A DNA stretch of 64,000 nt. It comes from Escherichia coli (lineage in GTDB: Bacteria; Pseudomonadota; Gammaproteobacteria; Enterobacterales; Enterobacteriaceae). Of the stretch, positions 28,338 through 38,043 are shown piece after piece. The DNA is taken from the NCBI RefSeq assembly GCF_011045215.1, contig NZ_CP049201.1. One strand, given 5' to 3'. The stretch's first letter is position 1, and every line of letters starts with the position of its first letter. The notes under the pieces were generated by a model. That model saw only the letters and a program-made list of their open reading frames with translations. It was not told the origin of the DNA and ran no database searches. A program made the translations under genes and the position numbers.

Positions 28338-28378
28338 AAAGCCGAAATCATTTATATAAATGATTTCGGCTTTTTTTA
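28338..28378 (+). terminator. strong rho-independent terminator after yehE
   Basis: 13-bp perfect stem gccgaaatcattt / aaatgatttcggc followed by ttttttt. Confidence 0.6.
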
Positions 28379-28601
28379 TTGATATCAACAATACCATTTA
28401 CATAAATCTACATTAATTAATAGATGCGATAAATATTTAATACTCTTAAGTATTTGTTGTATTTATATTGCAATGGTTAATTTGTTTTAAATCAATAAAA
28501 CAATATGTTTACATTGCGGCAACTTTTTTGATGTGAGAAATTTGTTTCCAAGAGATACAGACTCTTAACAACCAAAAATAAATTTTATTAAGGAACATAT
28601 T

Positions 28602-29144
28602 ATGAAACGTTCAATTATTGCTGTCGCTGTCTTTTCTTCTTTTTTTATGAGCGCTGGAGTATTTGCTGCAGACGTTGATACCGGAACATTAACTATTAAA
28701 GGGAATATTGCAGAATCTCCGTGTAAATTCGAAGCGGGTGGTGATTCAGTAAGTATTAATATGCCGACTGTACCAACCACTGTCTTTGAAGGTAAAGCTA
28801 AATATTCTACCTATGATGATGCAGTCGGTGTAACCAGCAGCATGTTAAAAATTAGCTGCCCGAAAGAAGTTGCTGGTGTAAAACTCTCGTTGATTACCAA
28901 CGATAAAATAACTGGTAACGATAAGGCGATAGCCAGTAGCAACGATACTGTGGGTTACTATCTCTATTTAGGTGATAACAGCGATGTCCTGGATGTTTCT
29001 GCACCTTTTAATATTGAGAGTTATAAAACAGCGGAAGGTCAATATGCTATTCCGTTTAAAGCAAAATACCTGAAACTGACAGATAACTCAGTGCAATCAG
29101 GTGATGTATTATCTTCTCTGGTTATGCGTGTGGCGCAGGATTAA
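28602..29144 (+). CDS. yehD: fimbrial major subunit (type 1/P-like pilin)
   Basis: 180 aa; signal peptide; pilin-like Cys pair; first gene of the chaperone-usher set. Confidence 0.85.
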   Translation: MKRSIIAVAVFSSFFMSAGVFAADVDTGTLTIKGNIAESPCKFEAGGDSVSINMPTVPTTVFEGKAKYSTYDDAVGVTSSMLKISCPKEVAGVKLSLITNDKITGNDKAIASSNDTVGYYLYLGDNSDVLDVSAPFNIESYKTAEGQYAIPFKAKYLKLTDNSVQSGDVLSSLVMRVAQD

Positions 29145-29177
29145 TAAATAAAATTGCAAGTTTCTCCAGGTAATAAA

Positions 29178-29207
29178 CATGGCCGCTATCCCCATGGCGG
29201 CTTTTTA
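29178..29207 (+). terminator. hairpin plus T-run between the pilin and chaperone genes (candidate intra-operon attenuator)
   Basis: ggccgc ... gcggc stem followed by ttttt; common position for partial terminators in chaperone-usher operons. Confidence 0.35.
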
Positions 29208-29224
29208 ATTTAAGAGGCATTAAG

Positions 29225-29899
29225 ATGAAAGGATTATTATCTTTACTCATTTTTTCTATGGTCCTTCCTGCACATGCCGGAATTGTTATCTACGGGACGC
29301 GCATTATTTACCCGGCAGAAAATAAAGAAGTTATGGTGCAGTTGATGAACCAGGGAAACCGTTCTTCGCTGCTGCAGGCGTGGATTGATGATGGCGATAC
29401 GTCGTTACCACCAGAAAAAATTCAGGTTCCTTTCATGTTAACGCCACCAGTGGCAAAAATAGGGGCAAATTCCGGCCAGCAAGTAAAAATCAAAATTATG
29501 CCGAATAAACTGCCCACTAATAAAGAAAGCATTTTTTATCTGAATGTTCTGGATATTCCACCAAATAGTCCAGAACAAGAAGGTAAGAATGCACTGAAGT
29601 TTGCGATGCAAAACAGAATCAAATTGTTTTACCGGCCGGCGGGTATTGCTCCGGTAAATAAAGCGACCTTTAAAAAGTTACTGGTAAATCGCAGTGGCAA
29701 TGGATTGGTGATAAAAAATGACTCAGCTAATTGGGTGACGATTTCGGATGTCAAAGCTAATAATGTTAAAGTCAATTATGAAACTATTATGATTGCCCCC
29801 TTAGAAAGTCAGAGTGTTAATGTCAAAAGTAATAATGCAAATAACTGGTATCTGACCATTATCGATGACCACGGCAACTATATTAGTGACAAAATTTAA
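29225..29899 (+). CDS. yehC: periplasmic PapD-like fimbrial chaperone
   Basis: 224 aa; signal peptide; conserved chaperone core (GTRIIYPAENKEVMVQLMNQGN). Confidence 0.85.
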   Translation: MKGLLSLLIFSMVLPAHAGIVIYGTRIIYPAENKEVMVQLMNQGNRSSLLQAWIDDGDTSLPPEKIQVPFMLTPPVAKIGANSGQQVKIKIMPNKLPTNKESIFYLNVLDIPPNSPEQEGKNALKFAMQNRIKLFYRPAGIAPVNKATFKKLLVNRSGNGLVIKNDSANWVTISDVKANNVKVNYETIMIAPLESQSVNVKSNNANNWYLTIIDDHGNYISDKI

Positions 29900-29914
29900 T
29901 TGCAGGAGCTGCCT

Positions 29915-32395
29915 ATGTTGAGAATGACCCCACTTGCATCAGCAATCGTAGCGTTATTGCTCGGCATTGAAGCTTATGCAGCTGAAGAAACCTTTGATAC
30001 CCATTTTATGATAGGTGGAATGAAAGACCAGCAGGTTGCAAATATTCGTCTTGATGATAATCAACCCTTACCGGGGCAGTATGACATCGATATTTATGTC
30101 AATAAGCAATGGCGCGGGAAATATGAGATTATTGTTAAAGACAACCCGCAAGAAACATGTTTATCAAGAGAAGTTATCAAGCGGTTAGGCATTAATAGCG
30201 ATAACTTCGCCAGCGGTAAGCAATGTTTAACATTTGAGCAACTTGTTCAGGGTGGGAGCTATACCTGGGATATCGGGGTTTTTCGTCTCGATTTCAGTGT
30301 CCCGCAGGCCTGGGTGGAAGAACTGGAAAGTGGCTATGTTCCACCGGAAAACTGGGAGCGGGGTATTAATGCGTTTTATACCTCTTATTATGTGAGTCAG
30401 TATTACAGTGACTATAAAGCGTCGGGTAATAGTAAGAGTACATATGTACGTTTTAACAGCGGGTTAAATTTACTGGGGTGGCAACTGCATTCTGATGCCA
30501 GTTTCAGTAAAACAAATAACAATCCAGGGGTGTGGAAAAGCAATACCCTGTATCTGGAACGTGGATTTGCCCAACTTCTCGGCACGCTTCGCGTGGGTGA
30601 TATGTACACATCAAGCGATATTTTTGATTCTGTTCGCTTCAGAGGTGTGCGGTTGTTTCGTGATATGCAGATGTTGCCTAACTCGAAACAAAATTTTACG
30701 CCACGGGTGCAGGGGATTGCTCAGAGTAACGCGCTGGTAACTATTGAACAGAATGGTTTTGTGGTTTATCAGAAAGAGGTTCCTCCTGGCCCGTTTGCAA
30801 TTACAGATTTGCAGTTGGCCGGTGGTGGAGCAGATCTTGATGTCAGCGTGAAAGAGGCGGACGGTTCGGTAACCACCTATCTGGTGCCTTATGCAGCCGT
30901 GCCAAATATGCTGCAACCCGGCGTGTCGAAATATGATTTTGCGGCGGGTCGTAGCCATATTGAAGGGGCGAGCAAACAAAGTGATTTTGTCCAGGCGGGT
31001 TATCAGTATGGTTTTAATAACTTATTGACGCTGTATGGTGGCTCGATGGTCGCGAATAATTATTACGCGTTCACTTTGGGGACTGGCTGGAATACACGCA
31101 TTGGTGCCATTTCCGTCGATGCCACGAAGTCGCATAGTAAACAAGACAACGGCGATGTGTTTGACGGGCAAAGTTATCAAATTGCCTACAACAAATTTGT
31201 GAGCCAAACGTCGACGCGTTTTGGTCTGGCGGCCTGGCGTTATTCGTCGCGTGACTACCGGACATTTAACGATCACGTTTGGGCAAACAATAAAGATAAT
31301 TATCGCCGTGATGAAAACGATGTCTATGACATTGCCGATTATTACCAGAATGATTTTGGTCGCAAAAATAGCTTTTCCGCCAATATGAGCCAGTCATTGC
31401 CAGAAGGTTGGGGTTCTGTGTCATTAAGTACGTTATGGCGAGATTACTGGGGGCGTAGCGGCAGTAGTAAGGATTATCAGTTGAGTTATTCCAACAACCT
31501 GCGACGGATAAGCTATACCCTCGCGGCAAGCCAGGCTTATGACGAGAATCATCATGAAGAGAAACGTTTTAATATTTTTATATCGATTCCCTTTGATTGG
31601 GGTGATGACGTTTCGACGCCTCGTCGGCAAATATATATGTCTAACTCAACGACGTTTGATGATCAGGGGTTTGCCTCAAATAATACGGGATTATCAGGAA
31701 CAGTAGGGAGTCGGGATCAGTTCAATTATGGTGTCAACCTGAGTCATCAACATCAGGGAAATGAAACGACAGCTGGAGCGAATTTAAACTGGAACGCGCC
31801 GGTGGCAACAGTGAATGGCAGTTATAGTCAGTCGAGTACTTATCGACAGGCTGGAGCCAGTGTTTCAGGGGGCATTGTCGCCTGGTCGGGTGGCGTTAAT
31901 CTGGCGAACCGTCTTTCCGAAACGTTTGCTGTGATGAATGCGCCAGGAATTAAAGATGCTTATGTCAATGGGCAAAAATATCGCACAACAAACCGTAATG
32001 GAGTGGTGGTATACGACGGAATGACACCTTATCGGGAAAATCACCTGATGCTGGATGTGTCGCAAAGCGATAGCGAAGCAGAATTGCGCGGTAACCGGAA
32101 AATTGCCTCACCTTATCGCGGCGCGGTTGTACTGGTTAATTTTGATACCGATCAGCGCAAGCCCTGGTTTATAAAAGCGTTAAGAGCGGATGGGCAACCA
32201 TTAACGTTTGGTTATGAAGTCAATGATATCCACGGTCATAATATTGGCGTTGTCGGCCAGGGAAGTCAGTTATTTATTCGCACCAATGAAGTACCGCCAT
32301 CGGTTAATGTGGCAATTAATAAGCAACAAGGACTTTCATGCACAATCACCTTCGGTAAAGAGATTGATGAAAGTAGGAATTATATTTGCCAGTAA
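29915..32395 (+). CDS. yehB: outer-membrane fimbrial usher
   Basis: 826 aa from MLRMTPLASAIVALLLG; usher-sized beta-barrel protein between the chaperone and adhesin genes. Confidence 0.85.
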   Translation: MLRMTPLASAIVALLLGIEAYAAEETFDTHFMIGGMKDQQVANIRLDDNQPLPGQYDIDIYVNKQWRGKYEIIVKDNPQETCLSREVIKRLGINSDNFASGKQCLTFEQLVQGGSYTWDIGVFRLDFSVPQAWVEELESGYVPPENWERGINAFYTSYYVSQYYSDYKASGNSKSTYVRFNSGLNLLGWQLHSDASFSKTNNNPGVWKSNTLYLERGFAQLLGTLRVGDMYTSSDIFDSVRFRGVRLFRDMQMLPNSKQNFTPRVQGIAQSNALVTIEQNGFVVYQKEVPPGPFAITDLQLAGGGADLDVSVKEADGSVTTYLVPYAAVPNMLQPGVSKYDFAAGRSHIEGASKQSDFVQAGYQYGFNNLLTLYGGSMVANNYYAFTLGTGWNTRIGAISVDATKSHSKQDNGDVFDGQSYQIAYNKFVSQTSTRFGLAAWRYSSRDYRTFNDHVWANNKDNYRRDENDVYDIADYYQNDFGRKNSFSANMSQSLPEGWGSVSLSTLWRDYWGRSGSSKDYQLSYSNNLRRISYTLAASQAYDENHHEEKRFNIFISIPFDWGDDVSTPRRQIYMSNSTTFDDQGFASNNTGLSGTVGSRDQFNYGVNLSHQHQGNETTAGANLNWNAPVATVNGSYSQSSTYRQAGASVSGGIVAWSGGVNLANRLSETFAVMNAPGIKDAYVNGQKYRTTNRNGVVVYDGMTPYRENHLMLDVSQSDSEAELRGNRKIASPYRGAVVLVNFDTDQRKPWFIKALRADGQPLTFGYEVNDIHGHNIGVVGQGSQLFIRTNEVPPSVNVAINKQQGLSCTITFGKEIDESRNYICQ

Positions 32396-32410
32396 TAGTC
32401 AGGTGGTTCT

Positions 32411-33445
32411 ATGAAAATTCGCATAATGCTATTTATATTAATGATGATGGTTATGCCAGTGAGCTATGCAGCATGTTATAGTGAGTTATCTGTTCAGCAC
32501 AATTTGGTTGTTCAGGGGGATTTTGCACTTACTCAAACACAAATGGCGACCTATGAGCATAATTTTAATGATTCGTCATGCGTGAGTACAAATACTATCA
32601 CCCCTATGAGCCCGTCGGATATTATTGTTGGACTTTATAACGATACTATTAAATTAAATTTACATTTTGAATGGACCAATAAAAGTAACATCACGTTGTC
32701 AAATAATCAGACCAGTTTCACCAGTGGTTATTCGGTAACGGTGACACCTGCGGCTAGTAATGCAAAAGTGAATGTTTCTGCGGGGGGCGGCGGTTCAGTG
32801 ATGATTAATGGTGTAGCGACATTATCCAGTGCTTCATCATCGACACGCGGGAGTGCCGCAGTACAATTTCTACTGTGTTTATTAGGTGGCAAGTCATGGG
32901 ATGCATGTGTAAATAGCTACAGAAATGCATTGGCACAAAATGCAGGTGTCTATTCCTTTAATCTGACATTGTCATACAACCCGATAACCACAACCTGCAA
33001 ACCGGACGATTTATTAATTACTTTAGAGAGTATTCCCGTTTCACAATTACCAGCCACAGGTAACAAAGCAACAGTAAATAGTAAAAAAGGGGATATTATT
33101 CTGCGTTGTAAAAATTTATTAGGTCAACAAAATCAAACATCACGGAAAATGCAGGTGTATTTATCAAGTTCTGACTTGTTAACCAACAGCAACACAATAC
33201 TGAAAGGTGCGGAAGATAATGGCGTAGGATTTATTCTTGAAAGTAATGGTTCGCCAGTCACACTTTTAAATATCACTAACAGCAGTAAAGGATACACAAA
33301 TTTAAAAGAAATTGCGGCAAAGTCAAAACTTACAGATACAACGGTTTCAATTCCGATAACAGCCAGTTACTACGTCTACGATACAAACAAAGTTAAATCT
33401 GGCGCACTGGAGGCAACCGCACTAATCAACGTGAAATACGACTAA
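32411..33445 (+). CDS. yehA: fimbrial tip adhesin-like subunit
   Basis: 344 aa; signal peptide; two-domain size typical of tip adhesins; last gene of the operon. Confidence 0.8.
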   Translation: MKIRIMLFILMMMVMPVSYAACYSELSVQHNLVVQGDFALTQTQMATYEHNFNDSSCVSTNTITPMSPSDIIVGLYNDTIKLNLHFEWTNKSNITLSNNQTSFTSGYSVTVTPAASNAKVNVSAGGGGSVMINGVATLSSASSSTRGSAAVQFLLCLLGGKSWDACVNSYRNALAQNAGVYSFNLTLSYNPITTTCKPDDLLITLESIPVSQLPATGNKATVNSKKGDIILRCKNLLGQQNQTSRKMQVYLSSSDLLTNSNTILKGAEDNGVGFILESNGSPVTLLNITNSSKGYTNLKEIAAKSKLTDTTVSIPITASYYVYDTNKVKSGALEATALINVKYD

Positions 33446-33501
33446 TAACAAGCAAGACGAGCAAGTGGCTAATAATAAAAAATAACAAGGTGTCTGCATT
33501 T

Positions 33502-33528
33502 CCCCCTCATGATGAGGGGGCTTTTTTT
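33502..33528 (+). terminator. rho-independent terminator after yehA, overlapping the rcnB 3' end
   Basis: Stem ccccctcatgatgaggggg followed by ctttttttag. Confidence 0.55.
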
Positions 33529-33865
33529 AGCGATGATAAAAAATCTCACCGTCGTAGGCTTTAATGATTTTACCGTCGGTGTCGCTGATCAACACGTACG
33601 CGCCACCCATATAGGTCCAGTGCGTCCCGGCATCCGGCGCGGGCAGGTTACGTAACTGCCACTGCTTAATGTTGTACTCATCGGTTCGGTACATCTCTGG
33701 GACGGTATCACCTGGTTTGAAATGCTTAAAGTCAGCAATGAAACTACTTAACTCATACTTAGAAATTCCCGAGGTATTGGTCGAACCCGCGGTGGCTGGT
33801 GCGGCCCAGGCGGCACTGGTAACCAGCAAAAGCACACCCAGCAACATCTTATTTTTAATGGTCAT
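33527..33865 (-). CDS. rcnB: periplasmic Ni/Co homeostasis protein
   Basis: 112 aa from MTIKNKMLLGVLLLVTSAAWA (signal peptide); the 172 aa ORF-track form is an upstream in-frame extension. Confidence 0.85.
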   Translation of the reverse strand: MTIKNKMLLGVLLLVTSAAWAAPATAGSTNTSGISKYELSSFIADFKHFKPGDTVPEMYRTDEYNIKQWQLRNLPAPDAGTHWTYMGGAYVLISDTDGKIIKAYDGEIFYHR

Positions 33866-34083
33866 AAACTCTCCACTTTGGGGATCTGTAATATCAGTCG
33901 CATATCTTTCCTGCCATACAATATAACTGACAAGCGATATTTTGTTAGTGATCCCATGATTTCGTAAAAAGTGTAAATGAAAGGATGCCCTAAAAGCATC
34001 CTTATCGAGCAGAGAGTCAGCGGAAATAGCTGATTTAAGAATCATCCTGGGCTGAAGATAACATGCAAGCCTAAAGGATTGAG

Positions 34084-34908
34084 TTATCGCATTATGCCCA
34101 TGAAGCCATGTACGCCCATATACACACCAACTAAGCCAATCAACAGACTGGAAAAATAGGGGGCGCGTTTAGCGAGAGTGTTAAATCCGCTCCAGCGTTT
34201 TGCGACCTGTTGAACGCTGATTGCTGCGCCAACGCCTACGGTGACAAGCGTTAACGCCAGGCCAATGCTGAAACTGACGACCAGTGTTGCGCCCAGTGTC
34301 AGGGCTTTCAACTGAATGCATATCAACAGCACGGTAATTGCTGCCGGGCAGGGGATAAGGCCACCGGTTAAGCCAAATAACAAAATTTGCCAGTTGGTGA
34401 CCTCTCTACCATCAAAGCGTCGTTTAATGTCATTGGCATGGGCTCGTGCATGGGCATCCTGATACTCGCCATGTTCGTGATGGTGATGATGTCCATGGTC
34501 GTGGTGATCTTCGTGATCGTGGTGATGATGTTCATGATCATGCTCGTGCATATTCTCCAGCCAGTTGCGTTCGCCGCGCCAGGTACGCCAGAACATCCAG
34601 AACGCGGTGCCAATAATGATCACTGCGGAAATCAGCTGGAGCCACGGTTCTGCTGATTGAGCAGTAAAGCGCTTGCTGATCACCATCCCGCCAAAGGCAA
34701 CCAACCAGACCACCGCGGTATGCGAAATGGTTGCTGCCAGTCCGAGCATCACCGCCTGTTTAATGGTGCCTTTGATGGCGATGATAAACGCCGCCATCAT
34801 CGTTTTTGAGTGCCCTGGTTCCAGGCCATGAAGCGCACCAAGTAAGATGGCGCTGGGGATGAAGAACCAGGCGTTTCCTTGCTGAAGAAGAGTTGTAAAT
34901 TCGGTCAT
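34084..34908 (-). CDS. rcnA: nickel/cobalt efflux permease with His-rich cytoplasmic loop
   Basis: 274 aa; HEHDHEHHHHDHEDHHDHGHHHHHEHG loop; NiCoT-like TM core. Confidence 0.9.
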   Translation of the reverse strand: MTEFTTLLQQGNAWFFIPSAILLGALHGLEPGHSKTMMAAFIIAIKGTIKQAVMLGLAATISHTAVVWLVAFGGMVISKRFTAQSAEPWLQLISAVIIIGTAFWMFWRTWRGERNWLENMHEHDHEHHHHDHEDHHDHGHHHHHEHGEYQDAHARAHANDIKRRFDGREVTNWQILLFGLTGGLIPCPAAITVLLICIQLKALTLGATLVVSFSIGLALTLVTVGVGAAISVQQVAKRWSGFNTLAKRAPYFSSLLIGLVGVYMGVHGFMGIMR

Positions 34909-34945
34909 GATAATAATTCTTAGTATTAATTCGGCAATCTGATTC

Positions 34946-34960
34946 TACTCCCCCCCAGTA
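34946..34960. promoter_or_regulatory. RcnR operator site 1 (TACT-G6-N-AGTA type, read as TACTCCCCCCCAGTA on the plus strand)
   Basis: Matches the published RcnR recognition motif; located in the rcnA-rcnR divergent intergenic region. Confidence 0.75.
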
Positions 34961-34965
34961 CCTGA

Positions 34966-34980
34966 TACTACCCCCCAGTA
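34966..34980. promoter_or_regulatory. RcnR operator site 2 (TACTACCCCCCAGTA)
   Basis: Second copy of the TACT-G6-N-AGTA motif 20 bp from site 1. Confidence 0.75.
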
Positions 34981-35028
34981 GATTAATAGTGCTATGATTT
35001 TTCATATTCTTGTTAACCAGGTGTTGCC

Positions 35029-35301
35029 ATGTCTCATACAATCCGTGATAAACAGAAACTGAAAGCGCGTGCCAGTAAGATTCAGGGCCAGGTCGTGGCG
35101 CTCAAGAAAATGCTCGACGAGCCGCACGAATGCGCTGCAGTTTTACAACAGATTGCTGCTATCCGTGGCGCGGTAAACGGCCTGATGCGGGAAGTGATTA
35201 AAGGTCATCTGACAGAACACATTGTTCACCAGGGCGATGAACTAAAGCGTGAAGAAGATCTGGATGTCGTTCTGAAGGTGCTGGATTCTTATATCAAATA
35301 A
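35029..35301 (+). CDS. rcnR: Ni/Co-responsive transcriptional repressor (CsoR/RcnR family)
   Basis: 90 aa ([41 protein letters not shown]...); divergent from rcnA. Confidence 0.9.
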
Positions 35302-35389
35302 TTTATTAACGCGATTGTAAAACTGCGGTTTTTCCTCGTTTACAACGCGTGCGCTGGACATTACCATCTTCCTCTGCGATTTATCATCG

Positions 35390-35523
35390 CAACCAAACGA
35401 CTCGGGGTGCCCTTCTGCGTGAAGGCTGAGAAATACCCGTATCACCTGATCTGGATAATGCCAGCGTAGGGAAGTCACGGACCACCAGGTCATTGCTTCT
35501 TCACGTTATGGCAGGAGCAAACT
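35390..35523 (+). promoter_or_regulatory. TPP (THI-box) riboswitch in the thiM leader
   Basis: Leader contains ctcggggtgcccttctgcgtgaaggctgagaaatacccgtatcacctgatctggataatgccagcgtagggaa, the characterised E. coli thiM aptamer, followed by the SD-sequestering expression platform. Confidence 0.85.
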
Positions 35524-36312
35524 ATGCAAGTCGACCTGCTGAGTTCCGCGCAATCTGCGCACACGTTACACCTTTTTCACCAACATTCCCCTCTTGTGCA
35601 TTGCATGACCAACGATGTGGTGCAAACCTTTACTGCCAATACCTTGCTGGCGATCGGTGCATCGCCAGCGATGGTTATCGAAACCGAAGAGGCCAGTCAG
35701 TTTGCGGCTATCGCCAGTGCCTTGTTGATTAACGTTGGCACACTGACGCAGCCACGCGCACAGGCGATGCGTGCTGCCGTTGAGCAAGCAAAAAGCTCTC
35801 AAACACCCTGGACGCTTGATCCAGTAGCGATTGGTGCGCTCGATTATCGCCGCCATTTTTGTCATGAACTTTTATCTTTTAAACCGGCAGCGATACGTGG
35901 TAATGCTTCGGAAATCATGGCATTAGCTGGCGTTGCTAATGGTGGACGGGGAGTGGATACCACTGACGCCGCAGCTAACGCGATACCCGCTGCACAAACA
36001 CTGGCACGGGAAACTGGCGCAATCGTCGTGGTCACTGGCGAGATGGATTATGTTACCGATGGACATCGTATCATTGGTATTCACGGTGGCGATCCGTTAA
36101 TGACCAAAGTGGTAGGAACTGGCTGTGCATTATCGGCGGTTGTCGCTGCCTGCTGTGCGTTACCAGGCGATATGCTGGAAAATGTCGCATCTGCCTGTCA
36201 CTGGATGAAACAAGCCGGAGAACGCGCAGTCGCCAGAAGCGAGGGGCCAGGCAGTTTTGTTCCACATTTCCTTGATGCGCTCTGGCAATTGACGCAGGAG
36301 GTGCAGGCATGA
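35524..36312 (+). CDS. thiM: hydroxyethylthiazole kinase
   Basis: 262 aa ([34 protein letters not shown]...). Confidence 0.95.
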   Translation: MQVDLLSSAQSAHTLHLFHQHSPLVHCMTNDVVQTFTANTLLAIGASPAMVIETEEASQFAAIASALLINVGTLTQPRAQAMRAAVEQAKSSQTPWTLDPVAIGALDYRRHFCHELLSFKPAAIRGNASEIMALAGVANGGRGVDTTDAAANAIPAAQTLARETGAIVVVTGEMDYVTDGHRIIGIHGGDPLMTKVVGTGCALSAVVAACCALPGDMLENVASACHWMKQAGERAVARSEGPGSFVPHFLDALWQLTQEVQA

Positions 36313-37109
36313 AACGAATTAACGCTCTGACGATTGCCGGTACTGATCCGAGTGGTGGTGCGGGGATTCAGGCCGATCTTAAAACCTTCTCGGCACTTGG
36401 CGCTTATGGTTGCTCAGTTATTACTGCACTGGTGGCGCAAAATACCCGTGGCGTACAGTCGGTGTATCGCATTGAGCCTGATTTTGTCGCCGCCCAGCTC
36501 GATTCGGTGTTCAGCGATGTGCGAATCGATACCACTAAAATCGGTATGTTGGCGGAAACCGATATTGTTGAAGCGGTGGCAGAACGGTTGCAACGTTATC
36601 AGATCCAAAACGTGGTACTCGACACCGTTATGCTGGCAAAAAGCGGCGACTCACTGCTTTCACCTTCGGCAGTTGCCACGCTACGCAGTCGATTATTGCC
36701 ACAGGTTTCATTAATAACGCCAAACTTGCCCGAAGCAGCCGCCTTGCTCGACGCGCCACACGCGCGCACCGAACAGGAAATGCTGGAACAAGGGCGATCG
36801 CTGTTGGCGATGGGCTGTGGCGCAGTGCTAATGAAAGGTGGTCATCTGGATGATGAGCAAAGCCCGGACTGGCTGTTTACCCGCGAGGGTGAACAACGGT
36901 TTACCGCACCGCGCATTATGACCAAAAACACCCACGGCACTGGTTGTACACTCTCTGCGGCGTTGGCTGCACTACGCCCGCGCCATACAAACTGGGCTGA
37001 CACCGTACAGGAGGCAAAAAGCTGGCTTTCATCGGCGTTAGCCCAGGCCGACACGCTGGAAGTTGGTCACGGTATTGGTCCGGTTCACCACTTCCACGCC
37101 TGGTGGTGA
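36309..37109 (+). CDS. thiD: hydroxymethylpyrimidine / phosphomethylpyrimidine kinase
   Basis: 266 aa ([27 protein letters not shown]...); 4-nt overlap with thiM. Confidence 0.95.
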   Translation: MKRINALTIAGTDPSGGAGIQADLKTFSALGAYGCSVITALVAQNTRGVQSVYRIEPDFVAAQLDSVFSDVRIDTTKIGMLAETDIVEAVAERLQRYQIQNVVLDTVMLAKSGDSLLSPSAVATLRSRLLPQVSLITPNLPEAAALLDAPHARTEQEMLEQGRSLLAMGCGAVLMKGGHLDDEQSPDWLFTREGEQRFTAPRIMTKNTHGTGCTLSAALAALRPRHTNWADTVQEAKSWLSSALAQADTLEVGHGIGPVHHFHAWW

Positions 37110-37173
37110 GCACCGTACTATAGCTGCTTTGGTTATTGTCAGCCTTTGGCACTGACATTCAGGGATGAAACCA

Positions 37174-37992
37174 ATGCAGCTAAGAATTACCAGTCGAAAA
37201 AAACTCACCGCTCTATTATGCGCTCTTGGGCTAATTTCCATCGTTGCAATTTATCCGCGTCAGACGGTGAATTTTTTCTATTCGACAGCAGTTCAGATTA
37301 CAGACTACATCCACTTCTACGGTTATCGCCCGGTTAAATCTTTCGCTATTCGTATTCCTGCCAGTTACACCATTCACGGAATAGATGTTTCGCGCTGGCA
37401 GGAGCGGATCGACTGGCAGCGGGTGGCAAAAATGCGCGATAACGGTATCCGCTTACAATTTGCCTTTATCAAGGCGACGGAAGGCGAAAAGCTGGTGGAC
37501 CCCTATTTTTCGCGTAACTGGCAACTAAGCCGCGAAAATGGCCTGCTGCGCGGGGCGTATCATTATTTCTCCCCGTCGGTAGCAGCGCCTGTTCAGGCGC
37601 GATTATTTCTGCAAACGGTGGATTTCTCACAAGGCGATTTCCCTGCCGTGCTGGACGTAGAAGAACGGGGAAAATTATCGGCAAAAGAATTACGCAAGCG
37701 GGTAAGTCAGTGGCTAAAAATGGTCGAAAAAAGTACGGGGAAAAAGCCGATTATTTACTCAGGAGCCGTTTTTTATCACACCAATCTGGCGGGCTATTTC
37801 AATGAATATCCGTGGTGGGTGGCTCACTACTATCAACGTCGTCCGGACAATGACGGCATGGCCTGGCGCTTCTGGCAGCATTCCGACCGTGGACAGGTAG
37901 ATGGCATCAATGGTCCGGTGGATTTTAATGTATTTAATGGCACGGTGGAGGAGTTGCAGGCATTCGTTGATGGGATTAAAAAAACGCCTTAA
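37174..37992 (+). CDS. yegX: GH25-family lysozyme-like glycoside hydrolase (putative)
   Basis: 272 aa from MQLRIT (ORF track starts 3 codons earlier); N-terminal TM/signal; HGIDVSRWQERIDW motif typical of GH25 muramidases. Confidence 0.8.
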   Translation: MQLRITSRKKLTALLCALGLISIVAIYPRQTVNFFYSTAVQITDYIHFYGYRPVKSFAIRIPASYTIHGIDVSRWQERIDWQRVAKMRDNGIRLQFAFIKATEGEKLVDPYFSRNWQLSRENGLLRGAYHYFSPSVAAPVQARLFLQTVDFSQGDFPAVLDVEERGKLSAKELRKRVSQWLKMVEKSTGKKPIIYSGAVFYHTNLAGYFNEYPWWVAHYYQRRPDNDGMAWRFWQHSDRGQVDGINGPVDFNVFNGTVEELQAFVDGIKKTP

Positions 37993-38043
37993 ATAAGAAG
38001 CAGTGATATACTCCTACCAGACTCCCTGGCAGGAAAAAGACAA

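Noticed and set aside
33527-34045. 172 aa long form of rcnB
   Set aside because: The upstream 60 codons have no signal-peptide logic; the internal Met begins a canonical signal peptide and gives the expected 112 aa protein.
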